Assembly (NCBI GenBank): GCA_050953045.1
Contig: JBMNLY010000002.1
Location: 596,667-660,666, forward strand
Length of the DNA: 64,000 nucleotides
Source of the DNA: Bacilli bacterium
GTDB taxonomy: Bacteria; Bacillota_I; Bacilli_A; ML615J-28; CAG-698
Reading direction: 5' to 3'
A program made the translations under genes and the position numbers. Below, in pieces: positions 56,211 to 64,000 of the stretch (positions are counted from its first letter, which is position 1; the number at the start of each line of letters is the position of its first letter). The notes beneath the pieces were generated by a model, which saw only the letters and a program-made list of their open reading frames with translations, made no database searches and was not told the origin of the DNA.

Positions 56211-56899
56211 AAGATTTAAAAATTATTTATGAAGACAATCATTTGTTGGTTGTTATTAAACCTGCAGGAATCTTAAGTCAGCAGGATAAGACCGGTGATG
56301 CTGATATGCTTTCCCTGCTAAAAACATATTTAAAAGAAAAATTTCAAAAACCAGGAAATGTATTTTTGGGTCTTGTCCAGCGCCTTGACCGTAGGGTAAG
56401 CGGAGTGATGGTATTTGCAAGAACGTCAAAAGCTGCCTCCCGTCTTTCCGAATCCATTCGCAAACGCCAGTTTCAGAAGGAATACTTGGCGGTAATTGTA
56501 GGTGAAATTCATCCTCGCGAAGGAATTTTGAAACACTATCTTCAAAAAGCGGAAACGGATCGGGCGAAGGTTGCGGAAGTTGTTACCAAAGAAGATGAGC
56601 ATGCGAAAGAGGCTCTTTTGGAATATCGGTTGCTTAAAAGCAAAAACATTGACGGTGAGATCTTATCTCTTGTTGGAATAAATTTGATTACAGGAAGATA
56701 TAATCAAATCAGAGCGCAGTTTTCCGCAATCGGTCATCCGCTCGTTAATGATTATAAATATCAATATCGGGGTCGAAACTACGGTGATGAATTAGGTTTG
56801 GTTTGTTCACAAATCAAGTTTCCGCACCCGACTACAAAGGAAATTATTGCTTTCAGATATTTTCCTGAACAAGGAATCTGGAAGTATTTTGAGGGGTGA
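56207..56899 (+). CDS. RluA-family 23S rRNA/tRNA pseudouridine synthase (lacking an S4 domain).
   Basis: 230 aa. Catalytic motif LVQRLDRRVSGVMVFA (HRLD-type with catalytic Asp). Confidence 0.8.
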   Translation: MKDLKIIYEDNHLLVVIKPAGILSQQDKTGDADMLSLLKTYLKEKFQKPGNVFLGLVQRLDRRVSGVMVFARTSKAASRLSESIRKRQFQKEYLAVIVGEIHPREGILKHYLQKAETDRAKVAEVVTKEDEHAKEALLEYRLLKSKNIDGEILSLVGINLITGRYNQIRAQFSAIGHPLVNDYKYQYRGRNYGDELGLVCSQIKFPHPTTKEIIAFRYFPEQGIWKYFEG

Positions 56900-56904
56900 G
56901 TTAA

Positions 56905-58839
56905 TTGAAAAAAAACTTAGGTTTTGTTTTACTTTTTGTAATAATATCTTCTGCTTTTTTGGTTATCCCCGCTTATTTTAATAGCGATCGATATAAAATT
57001 CAGTCCTTAAAAGCAGATATTGAGATTGAGGCTAACGGCGATATGGTTATTTCGGAGCGTTGGGTTGTTCAATATCCCGAAGGTTATTCCGTTTCCTATC
57101 GCGATATCAGTTATCAAAAATATAACCCTAACAATCCCTTTAATCAGGAAAAAACAAATCAGGCAGGTTTTGAAATTGATCTTGAAAACGATGTATGGGT
57201 GGCAGGCTCAGACGGAAAAAAACTGGCTCGAAACAGCTATTATGTCCGCACATCCGGCGAGCGTGATGAGCGCGGAGAAATTATAGAATGTTATCCAAAC
57301 CGGAGTCAGTGCGAGTCAATTTTTATTCGCGTTCCTTCTGGATTCGATAAGGAAATGACTTTTGGTTATAAATACCGAATTAAAGGTGCCGTCACCGAGT
57401 ACAGAGATGTCGCGGAGTTAAATTGGGTCTTTCTCGATTATTTTGAAGCAACCGTTAGAAATGTAGAATTTTCGATTACACTTCCCGGCATTTTGAAAGA
57501 CGATATTTTAGCTTGGGGACATGGTACTGATGGTTCCCTTGAGATTAAAGAAAATAAAGTTCTGGTTTCTGTTGATAAACTGAAAAAGAAAGAAGTTCTT
57601 GAAGTTAGAATCCTGATGCCGAATGAGAAATTTTCCGTACCAGAAAATAATTATATCAACCGCACAGTGAAACAAGATATTATTGATTACGAGATGGAAC
57701 TTGCGGAAGAAACCAATAGAAGAATTGAGATTGCTCAATGGGTTTTCTACGGTACTTTTGCAATGCTTGCTTTAATGATTGTCATGGTTTATATTGCTTA
57801 TGTAAAATATGACAAAGAACATACACCCCGGTTTACCGGAAAATATTACCGGGAACTCCCTGCGAAATACAGTCCGGCGGAGATGAGTTATTTATATTAT
57901 TTTCGAAAGATAAATAATGAAGATTTAACGGCAACACTACTTGATTTAATCAGGCGTAAATATTTAATCTTTGACCAAAACAAGCAGGGTATAAATGATA
58001 AAAACCCGGATTTTAAACTTATTTTAAATCCGGATATGGACCACTCAGATTTAAGATCGCATGAGAAGCATTTGCTGAATTGGTTTATTGGAATCATCGG
58101 CAACAAGCAAGAAGTAACGCTAAAGGAAATTGAAAATTATCCGAAGCATTCTTATAGTAATGCGATGAGTTTTCAAAATAATGCTAAGGAATTTGTGCGA
58201 AGAGCAAAACTTGAAGGAAGCAGGCATGATTTCTTCGAGAAAAGGCTCGGAAAAGAAAAATCAAAAATGCTTTTGGCTACAATCATACCCGGATTTTATG
58301 CTCTTTTATCTTTGGTTTTAAGATTGAATTATTTTGTTGATACAAACTTTGCGCTTGGTACTTCAATCATTGCTTTAATAGTTTATATCTTTTATATTGC
58401 GACTATCGATAAACGTAGCATTAACGGAAATGAGGATTATGTAAAATGGAAAGCTTTCCGACAGTTCCTCTTGGATTTTGGAAATATGAAAGACTATCCG
58501 ATACCCGGCATCGTTGTTTGGGAACATTATCTAGTCTATGCAACTTCACTAAAAGTTGCTGATAAGGTTATGAAACAACTTGAAGTCAGACTTCCGAAGA
58601 CAGTTGATGAAGAAAGCTTACATGGCTCGACATTCTTAGGTTTCGGTTATTACTATCCGCGGTACCATCTCTGGTATACTTTTGGTAGAATAAATAATTC
58701 AATGACTCTCGCGCGCCAAAATGTCCATCAAACAATTGTAAAACACACCTCGCAAAAGATCGGCGGTTCCGGTCGGGGTGGCGGTTTTGGTGGTGGCAGG
58801 TCCTTCGGAGGCGGCGGCGGAGGCTTTAGAAGCAGATAG
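56905..58839 (+). CDS. DUF2207-family membrane protein with a Gly-rich C-terminal tail.
   Basis: 644 aa. Signal/TM, large extracytoplasmic domain, 3 TM helices, cytoplasmic region, C-terminal GGSGRGGGFGGGRSFGGGGGGFRS. Confidence 0.6.
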   Translation: MKKNLGFVLLFVIISSAFLVIPAYFNSDRYKIQSLKADIEIEANGDMVISERWVVQYPEGYSVSYRDISYQKYNPNNPFNQEKTNQAGFEIDLENDVWVAGSDGKKLARNSYYVRTSGERDERGEIIECYPNRSQCESIFIRVPSGFDKEMTFGYKYRIKGAVTEYRDVAELNWVFLDYFEATVRNVEFSITLPGILKDDILAWGHGTDGSLEIKENKVLVSVDKLKKKEVLEVRILMPNEKFSVPENNYINRTVKQDIIDYEMELAEETNRRIEIAQWVFYGTFAMLALMIVMVYIAYVKYDKEHTPRFTGKYYRELPAKYSPAEMSYLYYFRKINNEDLTATLLDLIRRKYLIFDQNKQGINDKNPDFKLILNPDMDHSDLRSHEKHLLNWFIGIIGNKQEVTLKEIENYPKHSYSNAMSFQNNAKEFVRRAKLEGSRHDFFEKRLGKEKSKMLLATIIPGFYALLSLVLRLNYFVDTNFALGTSIIALIVYIFYIATIDKRSINGNEDYVKWKAFRQFLLDFGNMKDYPIPGIVVWEHYLVYATSLKVADKVMKQLEVRLPKTVDEESLHGSTFLGFGYYYPRYHLWYTFGRINNSMTLARQNVHQTIVKHTSQKIGGSGRGGGFGGGRSFGGGGGGFRSR

Positions 58840-58858
58840 AAAATAAGGAGGATTATAG

Positions 58859-59452
58859 ATGAATTTATTATTTAAAATAGGAACAACTGAGATTGTTTTA
58901 ATTGTTGTTGGTGTTCTTGTTGTCATTTTAGTTGCCTGGGTAATCAGTGCTTATAATGCTTTGGTCCGACTCCGCAACAAAGTTCGTAACGGTTGGAGTC
59001 AAATCGATGTACAGCTAAAGCGCCGTTTTGACTTAATTCCGAATCTTGCGGAAACGGTCAGAGGTTATGCGGAAATGGAAAAAGGAATTTTTGAGGAATT
59101 TGCACGGGCAAGAGGACTCTATGCTCAAGCCTCAAGAACCGGCAATATCGAAGGTATGGCGGAAGCCAATAATACTTTGGCCGGAACTTTGAGCCGCTTG
59201 CTTGTTGTTCAGGAACGCTATCCCGAATTAAAAGCAAATACAAATTTCCAAGAAATGATGAAACAATTGCGGGATACCGAAGATAAGATTTCCTTCAGCC
59301 GTCAGTTTTATAATGATACGGTTTTGGCCTATAATGATAAGACGGAATTATTCCCAACGAACATTGTTGCCGGTATGTTTAAATTTAAACCTGCACAATT
59401 TTTTGAAGTTAATGACGAAGCTCAAAGAGAAGCTCCTAAAGTTAAGTTCTAA
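58859..59452 (+). CDS. lemA: LemA-family protein.
   Basis: 197 aa. N-terminal TM, then LemA core ISAYNALVRLRN...LKRRFDLIPNLAETV. AGGAGG ribosome-binding site. Confidence 0.8.
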   Translation: MNLLFKIGTTEIVLIVVGVLVVILVAWVISAYNALVRLRNKVRNGWSQIDVQLKRRFDLIPNLAETVRGYAEMEKGIFEEFARARGLYAQASRTGNIEGMAEANNTLAGTLSRLLVVQERYPELKANTNFQEMMKQLRDTEDKISFSRQFYNDTVLAYNDKTELFPTNIVAGMFKFKPAQFFEVNDEAQREAPKVKF

Positions 59453-59490
59453 AAAAAAACCCCACCAATTTTGGTGGGGTTTAAAAAAGA
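59451..59490. terminator. Bidirectional terminator between lemA (+) and rpmE (-).
   Basis: AAAAAAAAACCCCACCAattttGGTGGGGTTTAAAAAA. Strong in the minus orientation (T9 run). Confidence 0.75.
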
Positions 59491-59510
59491 AAAAACCGGT
59501 ATTAAACCGA

Positions 59511-59720
59511 TTACTGTTTTTTCTTCGCAAGACGTCTGTTGAATTTCTCAACTTTACCGGCAGCCTGAACAAATTTCTGCTGTCCTGTATAGAAAGGATG
59601 GCATTTTGAACAGGTGTCAACACGCATTTCTTGAAGTGTCGAACCGGTTTCAAACGTGTTTCCGCAACTTGTACAAGTAACGGTTACAGTGTAATAATTC
59701 GGATGTATTTTTTCCTTCAT
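59511..59720 (-). CDS. rpmE: 50S ribosomal protein L31 (zinc-ribbon type A).
   Basis: 69 aa. CTSCGN...[10 protein letters not shown]. Confidence 0.95.
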   Translation of the reverse strand: MKEKIHPNYYTVTVTCTSCGNTFETGSTLQEMRVDTCSKCHPFYTGQQKFVQAAGKVEKFNRRLAKKKQ

Positions 59721-59907
59721 TTTTTACTCCTTCCGCCATAGTTTAAAAACTATAGTAAGTTTCTATCTTAAATATTATACTTTATTCAGAGCTAAAAGTC
59801 AAGGCAAAAACAGTTAAATTTTAGCTGGATTTTTTTGACGAAAAAACAAATTTTTTGCTTTAAATATCTTAGCGATTGGGTTATAATATGGTTAAGGAGT
59901 TGAGATT

Positions 59908-60504
59908 ATGGATCTGCAAGTAAAAGACGGATGGATTGAAGTTATTGCGGGGAGTATGTATGCAGGAAAAACCGAAGAACTTTTAAGGAGAGTCAGAAGG
60001 ATTCAATTTGCGAAAAAGAAGGTGCTGATTTTTAAACCCAAAATTGATAATCGTTATAGTTCAAACGAAGTCGTTTCGCACGATAACGGCAGAATTGAAT
60101 CTATCGATATTGAAACTACGGAAGAAATCTATACGCATTGTGCTCCTGAACTTCCCTATGCGATTGCTATCGATGAAGTTCAATTTTTAGGGCCCGAAGT
60201 AATTGATGTTTGTGAAAATCTTGCTGACAAGGGAGTAAGAGTTATTGTTGCCGGCCTTGATAAGAATTTTCGCGGAGAACCCTTTGGGATAATGCCTGAA
60301 TTGCTCGCAAGGGCGGAGTTTGTTACAAAATTGGATGCGATTTGTCAAGTTTGCGGTGCACCTGCAACCAGAACCCAAAGATTGATTAACGGAGAGCCCG
60401 CTCATTACAATGATCCGATTATTAAAGTCGGAGCTAAAGAACAATACGAGGCCAGATGCCGACATTGCCATGTCGTCTTGGAAAAACCCAATGGAAAGAA
60501 ATGA
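59908..60504 (+). CDS. tdk: Thymidine kinase.
   Basis: 198 aa. P-loop GSMYAGKTEEL. C-terminal zinc ligands CQVCG...CRHCH. Confidence 0.9.
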   Translation: MDLQVKDGWIEVIAGSMYAGKTEELLRRVRRIQFAKKKVLIFKPKIDNRYSSNEVVSHDNGRIESIDIETTEEIYTHCAPELPYAIAIDEVQFLGPEVIDVCENLADKGVRVIVAGLDKNFRGEPFGIMPELLARAEFVTKLDAICQVCGAPATRTQRLINGEPAHYNDPIIKVGAKEQYEARCRHCHVVLEKPNGKK

Positions 60505-60946
60505 TCAATACTTCTTAAAAGAAGCGATTAAAGAAGCAAAAAAAGCCTATCTAAAAGATGAGGTTCCGGTCGGTTGTGTTATTGTTTTAAACAATAAAAT
60601 AATCGCCCGTGGCCATAATATGAAAGAAAGCAAAAATAATGCTTTGTTGCATGCGGAAATGGTAGCAATCAATAAAGCAATTAAAAAGCTTGGGACATCC
60701 ATACTTCCGGAGGCAACACTCTATGTTACACTTGAACCCTGTTTGATGTGTGCGGGAGCAATTTTCCAAACCCGGATTAAAAGAGTTGTTTATGGAGTTT
60801 CGGAACCGAAGTTTGGAGTTCTTGGCAGTATTCTATCGCTTCAGGATGTTAAAGAATTTAATCATAAAATTGAAGTGACGAAGGGGATTTTTGCGGAACA
60901 AATCGGAATAATGATGAAGGAATTTTTCCGAAGACTCCGAAAATAA
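60491..60946 (+). CDS. tadA: tRNA-specific adenosine-34 deaminase.
   Basis: CDA zinc motifs HAEMVAI and LEPCLMCAGAI. Start ambiguous: ATG 60491 (MERND, 14-nt overlap with tdk) or 60470. Confidence 0.85.
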   Translation: MERNDQYFLKEAIKEAKKAYLKDEVPVGCVIVLNNKIIARGHNMKESKNNALLHAEMVAINKAIKKLGTSILPEATLYVTLEPCLMCAGAIFQTRIKRVVYGVSEPKFGVLGSILSLQDVKEFNHKIEVTKGIFAEQIGIMMKEFFRRLRK

Positions 60947-60949
60947 TGA

Positions 60950-60978
60950 TTGAAATTTTTAACCTTCCATGGTATAAT
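60950..60978 (+). promoter_or_regulatory. Consensus-like sigma-A promoter driving the SRP RNA.
   Basis: TTGAAA (60950-55), 17 nt, TATAAT (60973-78). Confidence 0.7.
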
Positions 60979-60984
60979 GAATAA

Positions 60985-61113
60985 GTAATCTAGATCCTAT
61001 TCTAACTACCCATATCCAATATTAAGCAACGAATCAGGTCAGGTCGTGATTGAAGCAGCCTTAAGTTTCCCTTAGTATGTGGGTGTGGGTACTTAGAATA
61101 GGATCATTTTTTT
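60985..61113 (+). ncRNA. ffs: Signal recognition particle RNA, small (4.5S-like) type.
   Basis: A 20-bp terminal helix pairs GATCCTATTCTAACTACCCA with TGGGTACTTAGAATAGGATC. It encloses the conserved domain IV core AGGTCAGGTC...GAAGCAGCC. Ends in a T7 run. Confidence 0.75.
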
Positions 61114-61116
61114 ATA

Positions 61117-61145
61117 TGTTGACAGTACCCTAGGATTGTGATAAA
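61117..61145 (+). promoter_or_regulatory. Promoter for degV-accBCD.
   Basis: TTGACA, 17 nt, TAAAAT, immediately after the ffs terminator. Confidence 0.5.
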
Positions 61146-61204
61146 ATTTAGTTTGAAATTCAAACTATTTGATTTTCAAACAAATAAGAATTGAGAGGGA
61201 AACT

Positions 61205-62065
61205 ATGAAAAGAAGAATTGCTATTTTAACTGACAGTTCATCAACAATTTATAACTTTAAACATGAATATGATAACATCTTCATGATAAACTTGCCCTGT
61301 TATATCGGGGATGAGGTATTTACGGATTTTGATAAACATGGCGACATAATATTTTATAAAGCTTACAGAGAAACAAAACTTATTCCGAAAACCAGTCAGC
61401 CATCCGTAGGTGAATCTTTAGACGCCTTCAATAAAATCAAAGCACTCGGTTATACGGATATTATTTATTTACCAATCTCCAAAGAATTAAGTGGAACTTT
61501 TATGAACGGACATGCAAGCAAAGAGATGATTGAAGGAATCAATGTTGAAATTATTGATACTAAGAAAACTGTTTCGATACTCGGATATATGACAATCGAA
61601 GCAGCGAGACTCGCCAAATTAGGAAGATCAATTGAAGAAATTAAAGCAAAGATAGAAGAAATAAATCAAAATTCAGCTTACTATCTGACGGTAAATAATT
61701 TAACCTCTTTGGTTAAAAACGGCCGTCTCTCTTATGCAAAATACAAAATCGCAAATCTCTTCCATATCAAACCTATAATCATTTTAAACGAGGAAGGACG
61801 TTTGGTCAGTTTAGAGAATGTCAGGACCTATAAGAGCGCGATTAAAAAGGCGATTGCTTATGCTTTAGAACATCTGGATCCTGTTCATGGCGAAATTCAT
61901 ATTTCTTATAACGATAACATTGAAGATTTAGAATTTGCGGAAGCAGAATTATTGAAACAAAATCCGGATGTAAAATACAAAGTCTTTACTATTCCGTCGA
62001 CCGTTACCGCCCATGTCGGGATGGATGCAATTGGAATCGCCTATATTAATTATAAAAAAGAGTGA
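61205..62065 (+). CDS. DegV-family fatty-acid-binding protein.
   Basis: About 286 aa. N-terminus IAILTDSSS and EDD-fold DegV layout. GAGAGGGAAA ribosome-binding site before the ATG at 61205. Confidence 0.8.
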   Translation: MKRRIAILTDSSSTIYNFKHEYDNIFMINLPCYIGDEVFTDFDKHGDIIFYKAYRETKLIPKTSQPSVGESLDAFNKIKALGYTDIIYLPISKELSGTFMNGHASKEMIEGINVEIIDTKKTVSILGYMTIEAARLAKLGRSIEEIKAKIEEINQNSAYYLTVNNLTSLVKNGRLSYAKYKIANLFHIKPIIILNEEGRLVSLENVRTYKSAIKKAIAYALEHLDPVHGEIHISYNDNIEDLEFAEAELLKQNPDVKYKVFTIPSTVTAHVGMDAIGIAYINYKKE

Positions 62066-62072
62066 GGAGAAT

Positions 62073-62474
62073 ATGGATTTTAAAGAAATTCAAACCATAA
62101 TCAAAAATTTTGAAAAATCAAATTTAACCGAACTTGAAATCGAAAAAGGGGATTTTAAGCTCAGACTTTCAAAGCAGTTATACAAGGATAAGGAAAATCA
62201 AGATGTAAAGGATTTAGAAACAGAGGAACTAAAGGATCCTAATTTGGTTGAAGTAAAAGCACCCTTAGTCGGAACCTTCTATATTAAAGATAGGAACGGG
62301 GAGGATTTTGTAAAGGCGGGCGATCATGTTCAAGAAGGCGATACGATTTGTATTATTGAAGCAATGAAGATATTGAATGAAATTACGGCTCCAAAAAGCG
62401 GCATTATTCAAGAAGTAAAATTGAAAAACGGTGATCCGGTCGGCTTTGATCAGGTGATGATTACGATATTATGA
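62073..62474 (+). CDS. accB: Acetyl-CoA carboxylase biotin carboxyl carrier protein.
   Basis: About 133 aa. Biotinylation motif EAMKILNEI. GAGGAG ribosome-binding site before the ATG at 62073. Confidence 0.85.
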   Translation: MDFKEIQTIIKNFEKSNLTELEIEKGDFKLRLSKQLYKDKENQDVKDLETEELKDPNLVEVKAPLVGTFYIKDRNGEDFVKAGDHVQEGDTICIIEAMKILNEITAPKSGIIQEVKLKNGDPVGFDQVMITIL

Positions 62475-63835
62475 GAAAACAAAATAAAATCTTAATCGCA
62501 AATCGCGGTGAAATTGCCGTTCGGATTATTCGCGCCTGCAAAGAACTTGGAATTCCTTGCGTTGCTGTTTATTCAACAGCAGATAAGGAAAGTTTGCATG
62601 TGAAATTAGCGGATGAAGCGATATGCATCGGCGGTCCTCGCGGAGGCGACAGTTACTTAAACATTAATAATATTATCAGTTCCGCAATCGCGACCGGTTG
62701 CAATTCCATTCATCCGGGTTATGGGTTTCTTGCGGAAAATGATAAATTTATTGAACTTCTTGAACGCTGCAATTTAACCTTTATCGGACCCGGAAGCGAA
62801 ACCGTCCGAAACCTTGGAGACAAAGTACTTGCGAAACAAATCGCCAAGTCTGTCGGTATACCAGTAATTGAAGGCTCTGATGGTGCGGTTGAGAGTTTAG
62901 AGGAAGCACAGAAAGTGGCCTCCAAAATTGGTTTTCCCTTGTTGATTAAAGCAACAGCGGGCGGCGGCGGTAAAGGGATTAGCATCATTTATAATCACGA
63001 TGAACTGATTAAGATGTTTGAACTCACAAAAATGGAAGCCGAAGCTAATTTCGGCAATTCCGATGTATACTTGGAAAAATATATTGAAAAACCTCATCAT
63101 ATCGAGGTTCAGTTTTTAGTCGATCATTTCGGAAACAGCATCTATTTTCCAGAAAGAGATTGTTCTGTCCAAAGACGTAATCAGAAAATGATTGAAGAGT
63201 CGCCCTCGCCGTTTGTTACAGAAGCGTTAAGAAAAGAGTTAGGCGAAGCAGCTATTAGACTTGCAAAAGCTTCTGGTTATACAAATGCGGGAACAGTGGA
63301 GTTCATTGTTGACGAGGAGAAGAATTATTATTTCCTTGAAGTTAACACACGTATTCAAGTCGAACATCCGCTAACTGAAGCTATTACCGGTGTTGATTTA
63401 GTTAAAGAACAAATCAGAATAGCTTATAATGACGAACTTGCTTTGAAACAAGAGGAACTATTTTTATCAGGACATGCGCTTGAATGTCGGATAACGGCAG
63501 AAGATCCAAATAAAAACTTTATGCCTGCACCCGGGCTGGTAAAAAATTTAGTGATGCCCGGAGGACCGGGAGTCAGAATCGATACTCATCTTTATAATGA
63601 TTATGAAATCCCAGCCCATTATGATTCCTTGCTAGCGAAACTGATTGTTTGGGCTCCAACTCGAAAAGAAGCAATTAGGAAAATGCGGGTCGCTTTGGAA
63701 CAGTTTATCATAGACGGCATCAAAAGCAATATTGAAATTTTATATTTGATTATGCATAATACCAATTATGTACGTGGTTATTATGATACTGGATTTATTA
63801 AGGTTTTTTGGGAAACTTTGAAAGGTGAGTTTTGA
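62471..63835 (+). CDS. accC: Acetyl-CoA carboxylase biotin carboxylase subunit.
   Basis: 454 aa. ATP-grasp fold, KILIANRGEIAVR N-terminus, GGGGKG loop. Confidence 0.95.
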   Translation: MRKQNKILIANRGEIAVRIIRACKELGIPCVAVYSTADKESLHVKLADEAICIGGPRGGDSYLNINNIISSAIATGCNSIHPGYGFLAENDKFIELLERCNLTFIGPGSETVRNLGDKVLAKQIAKSVGIPVIEGSDGAVESLEEAQKVASKIGFPLLIKATAGGGGKGISIIYNHDELIKMFELTKMEAEANFGNSDVYLEKYIEKPHHIEVQFLVDHFGNSIYFPERDCSVQRRNQKMIEESPSPFVTEALRKELGEAAIRLAKASGYTNAGTVEFIVDEEKNYYFLEVNTRIQVEHPLTEAITGVDLVKEQIRIAYNDELALKQEELFLSGHALECRITAEDPNKNFMPAPGLVKNLVMPGGPGVRIDTHLYNDYEIPAHYDSLLAKLIVWAPTRKEAIRKMRVALEQFIIDGIKSNIEILYLIMHNTNYVRGYYDTGFIKVFWETLKGEF

Positions 63836-64000
63836 TGAATAATTTTTTCGATGATCGTAAAGCAAAATTGGAAACCTACCAAAAAAATTATCGCGGCAAA
63901 AAGGATGCGGTAGCAAAAGTAGCGATTCCTGATAATATCTTTCTTAAATGTCCTCATTGTCGGGAATTTATTATTAAAGATGATTATGAACGGAGTTTAT
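63835..64000 (+). CDS. accD: Acetyl-CoA carboxylase carboxyltransferase beta subunit, N-terminal fragment (runs off the window).
   Basis: ATG overlaps the accC stop. N-terminal zinc ribbon CPHC..., typical of AccD. No stop before the window end. Confidence 0.7.
   Translation, partial: MNNFFDDRKAKLETYQKNYRGKKDAVAKVAIPDNIFLKCPHCREFIIKDDYERSL

Noticed and set aside
60470-60490. Longer tadA start at 60410 or 60470.
   Set aside because: The 60410 start lies deep inside tdk with no ribosome-binding site. The conserved TadA core begins near MERNDQYFLKEAI. Start kept at 60491 with the ambiguity noted.

Overview
This is a 64-kb, AT-rich chromosomal window from a low-GC Firmicutes-type genome. About 60 genes are densely packed, and the conserved sporulation pair yabP/yabQ is present. 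Nearly all of it is core housekeeping. From left to right: a glycoside-hydrolase cluster (GH2 partial, GH3, GH13, GH36); murE plus a B12-binding radical-SAM gene; pyruvate:ferredoxin oxidoreductase; one ISL3-family insertion sequence; an apbE-sufCDSUB operon; a degenerate ABC-ATPase/permease pair; an LtaS-like gene; a membrane-anchored murF with ddl; tilS-hpt-ftsH; an S4/yabO-like gene; GDPD-maf; an M42 peptidase with hslO; lysS; a GDSL hydrolase; a gtrA/GT2 pair divergent from yfhO and a Wzy_C ligase (cell-wall polymer glycosylation); yabP-yabQ; a ZnuA-like binding protein; a tRNA Tyr-Gln-Gln operon; a Pta/Ptb-like gene; glyA; murA; a catalytically degenerate aspartase/fumarase homologue; tandem YcxB-like genes; rluA-family; DUF2207-lemA; rpmE; tdk-tadA; a small SRP RNA (ffs); and degV-accBCD (accD partial). 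No CRISPR array, prophage or obvious defence island is present. The most unusual items are: (1) the IS with no canonical start codon, sitting among three copies of a 19-bp motif and a tandem dyad upstream of apbE-suf; (2) MurF with a polytopic membrane N-terminus; (3) a pseudo-ABC ATPase plus permease pair; (4) a fumarase/aspartase-like pseudoenzyme; (5) twin 20-bp palindromes bounding a 230-bp hairpin-rich segment; and (6) the small-type SRP RNA with a clean sigma-A promoter.
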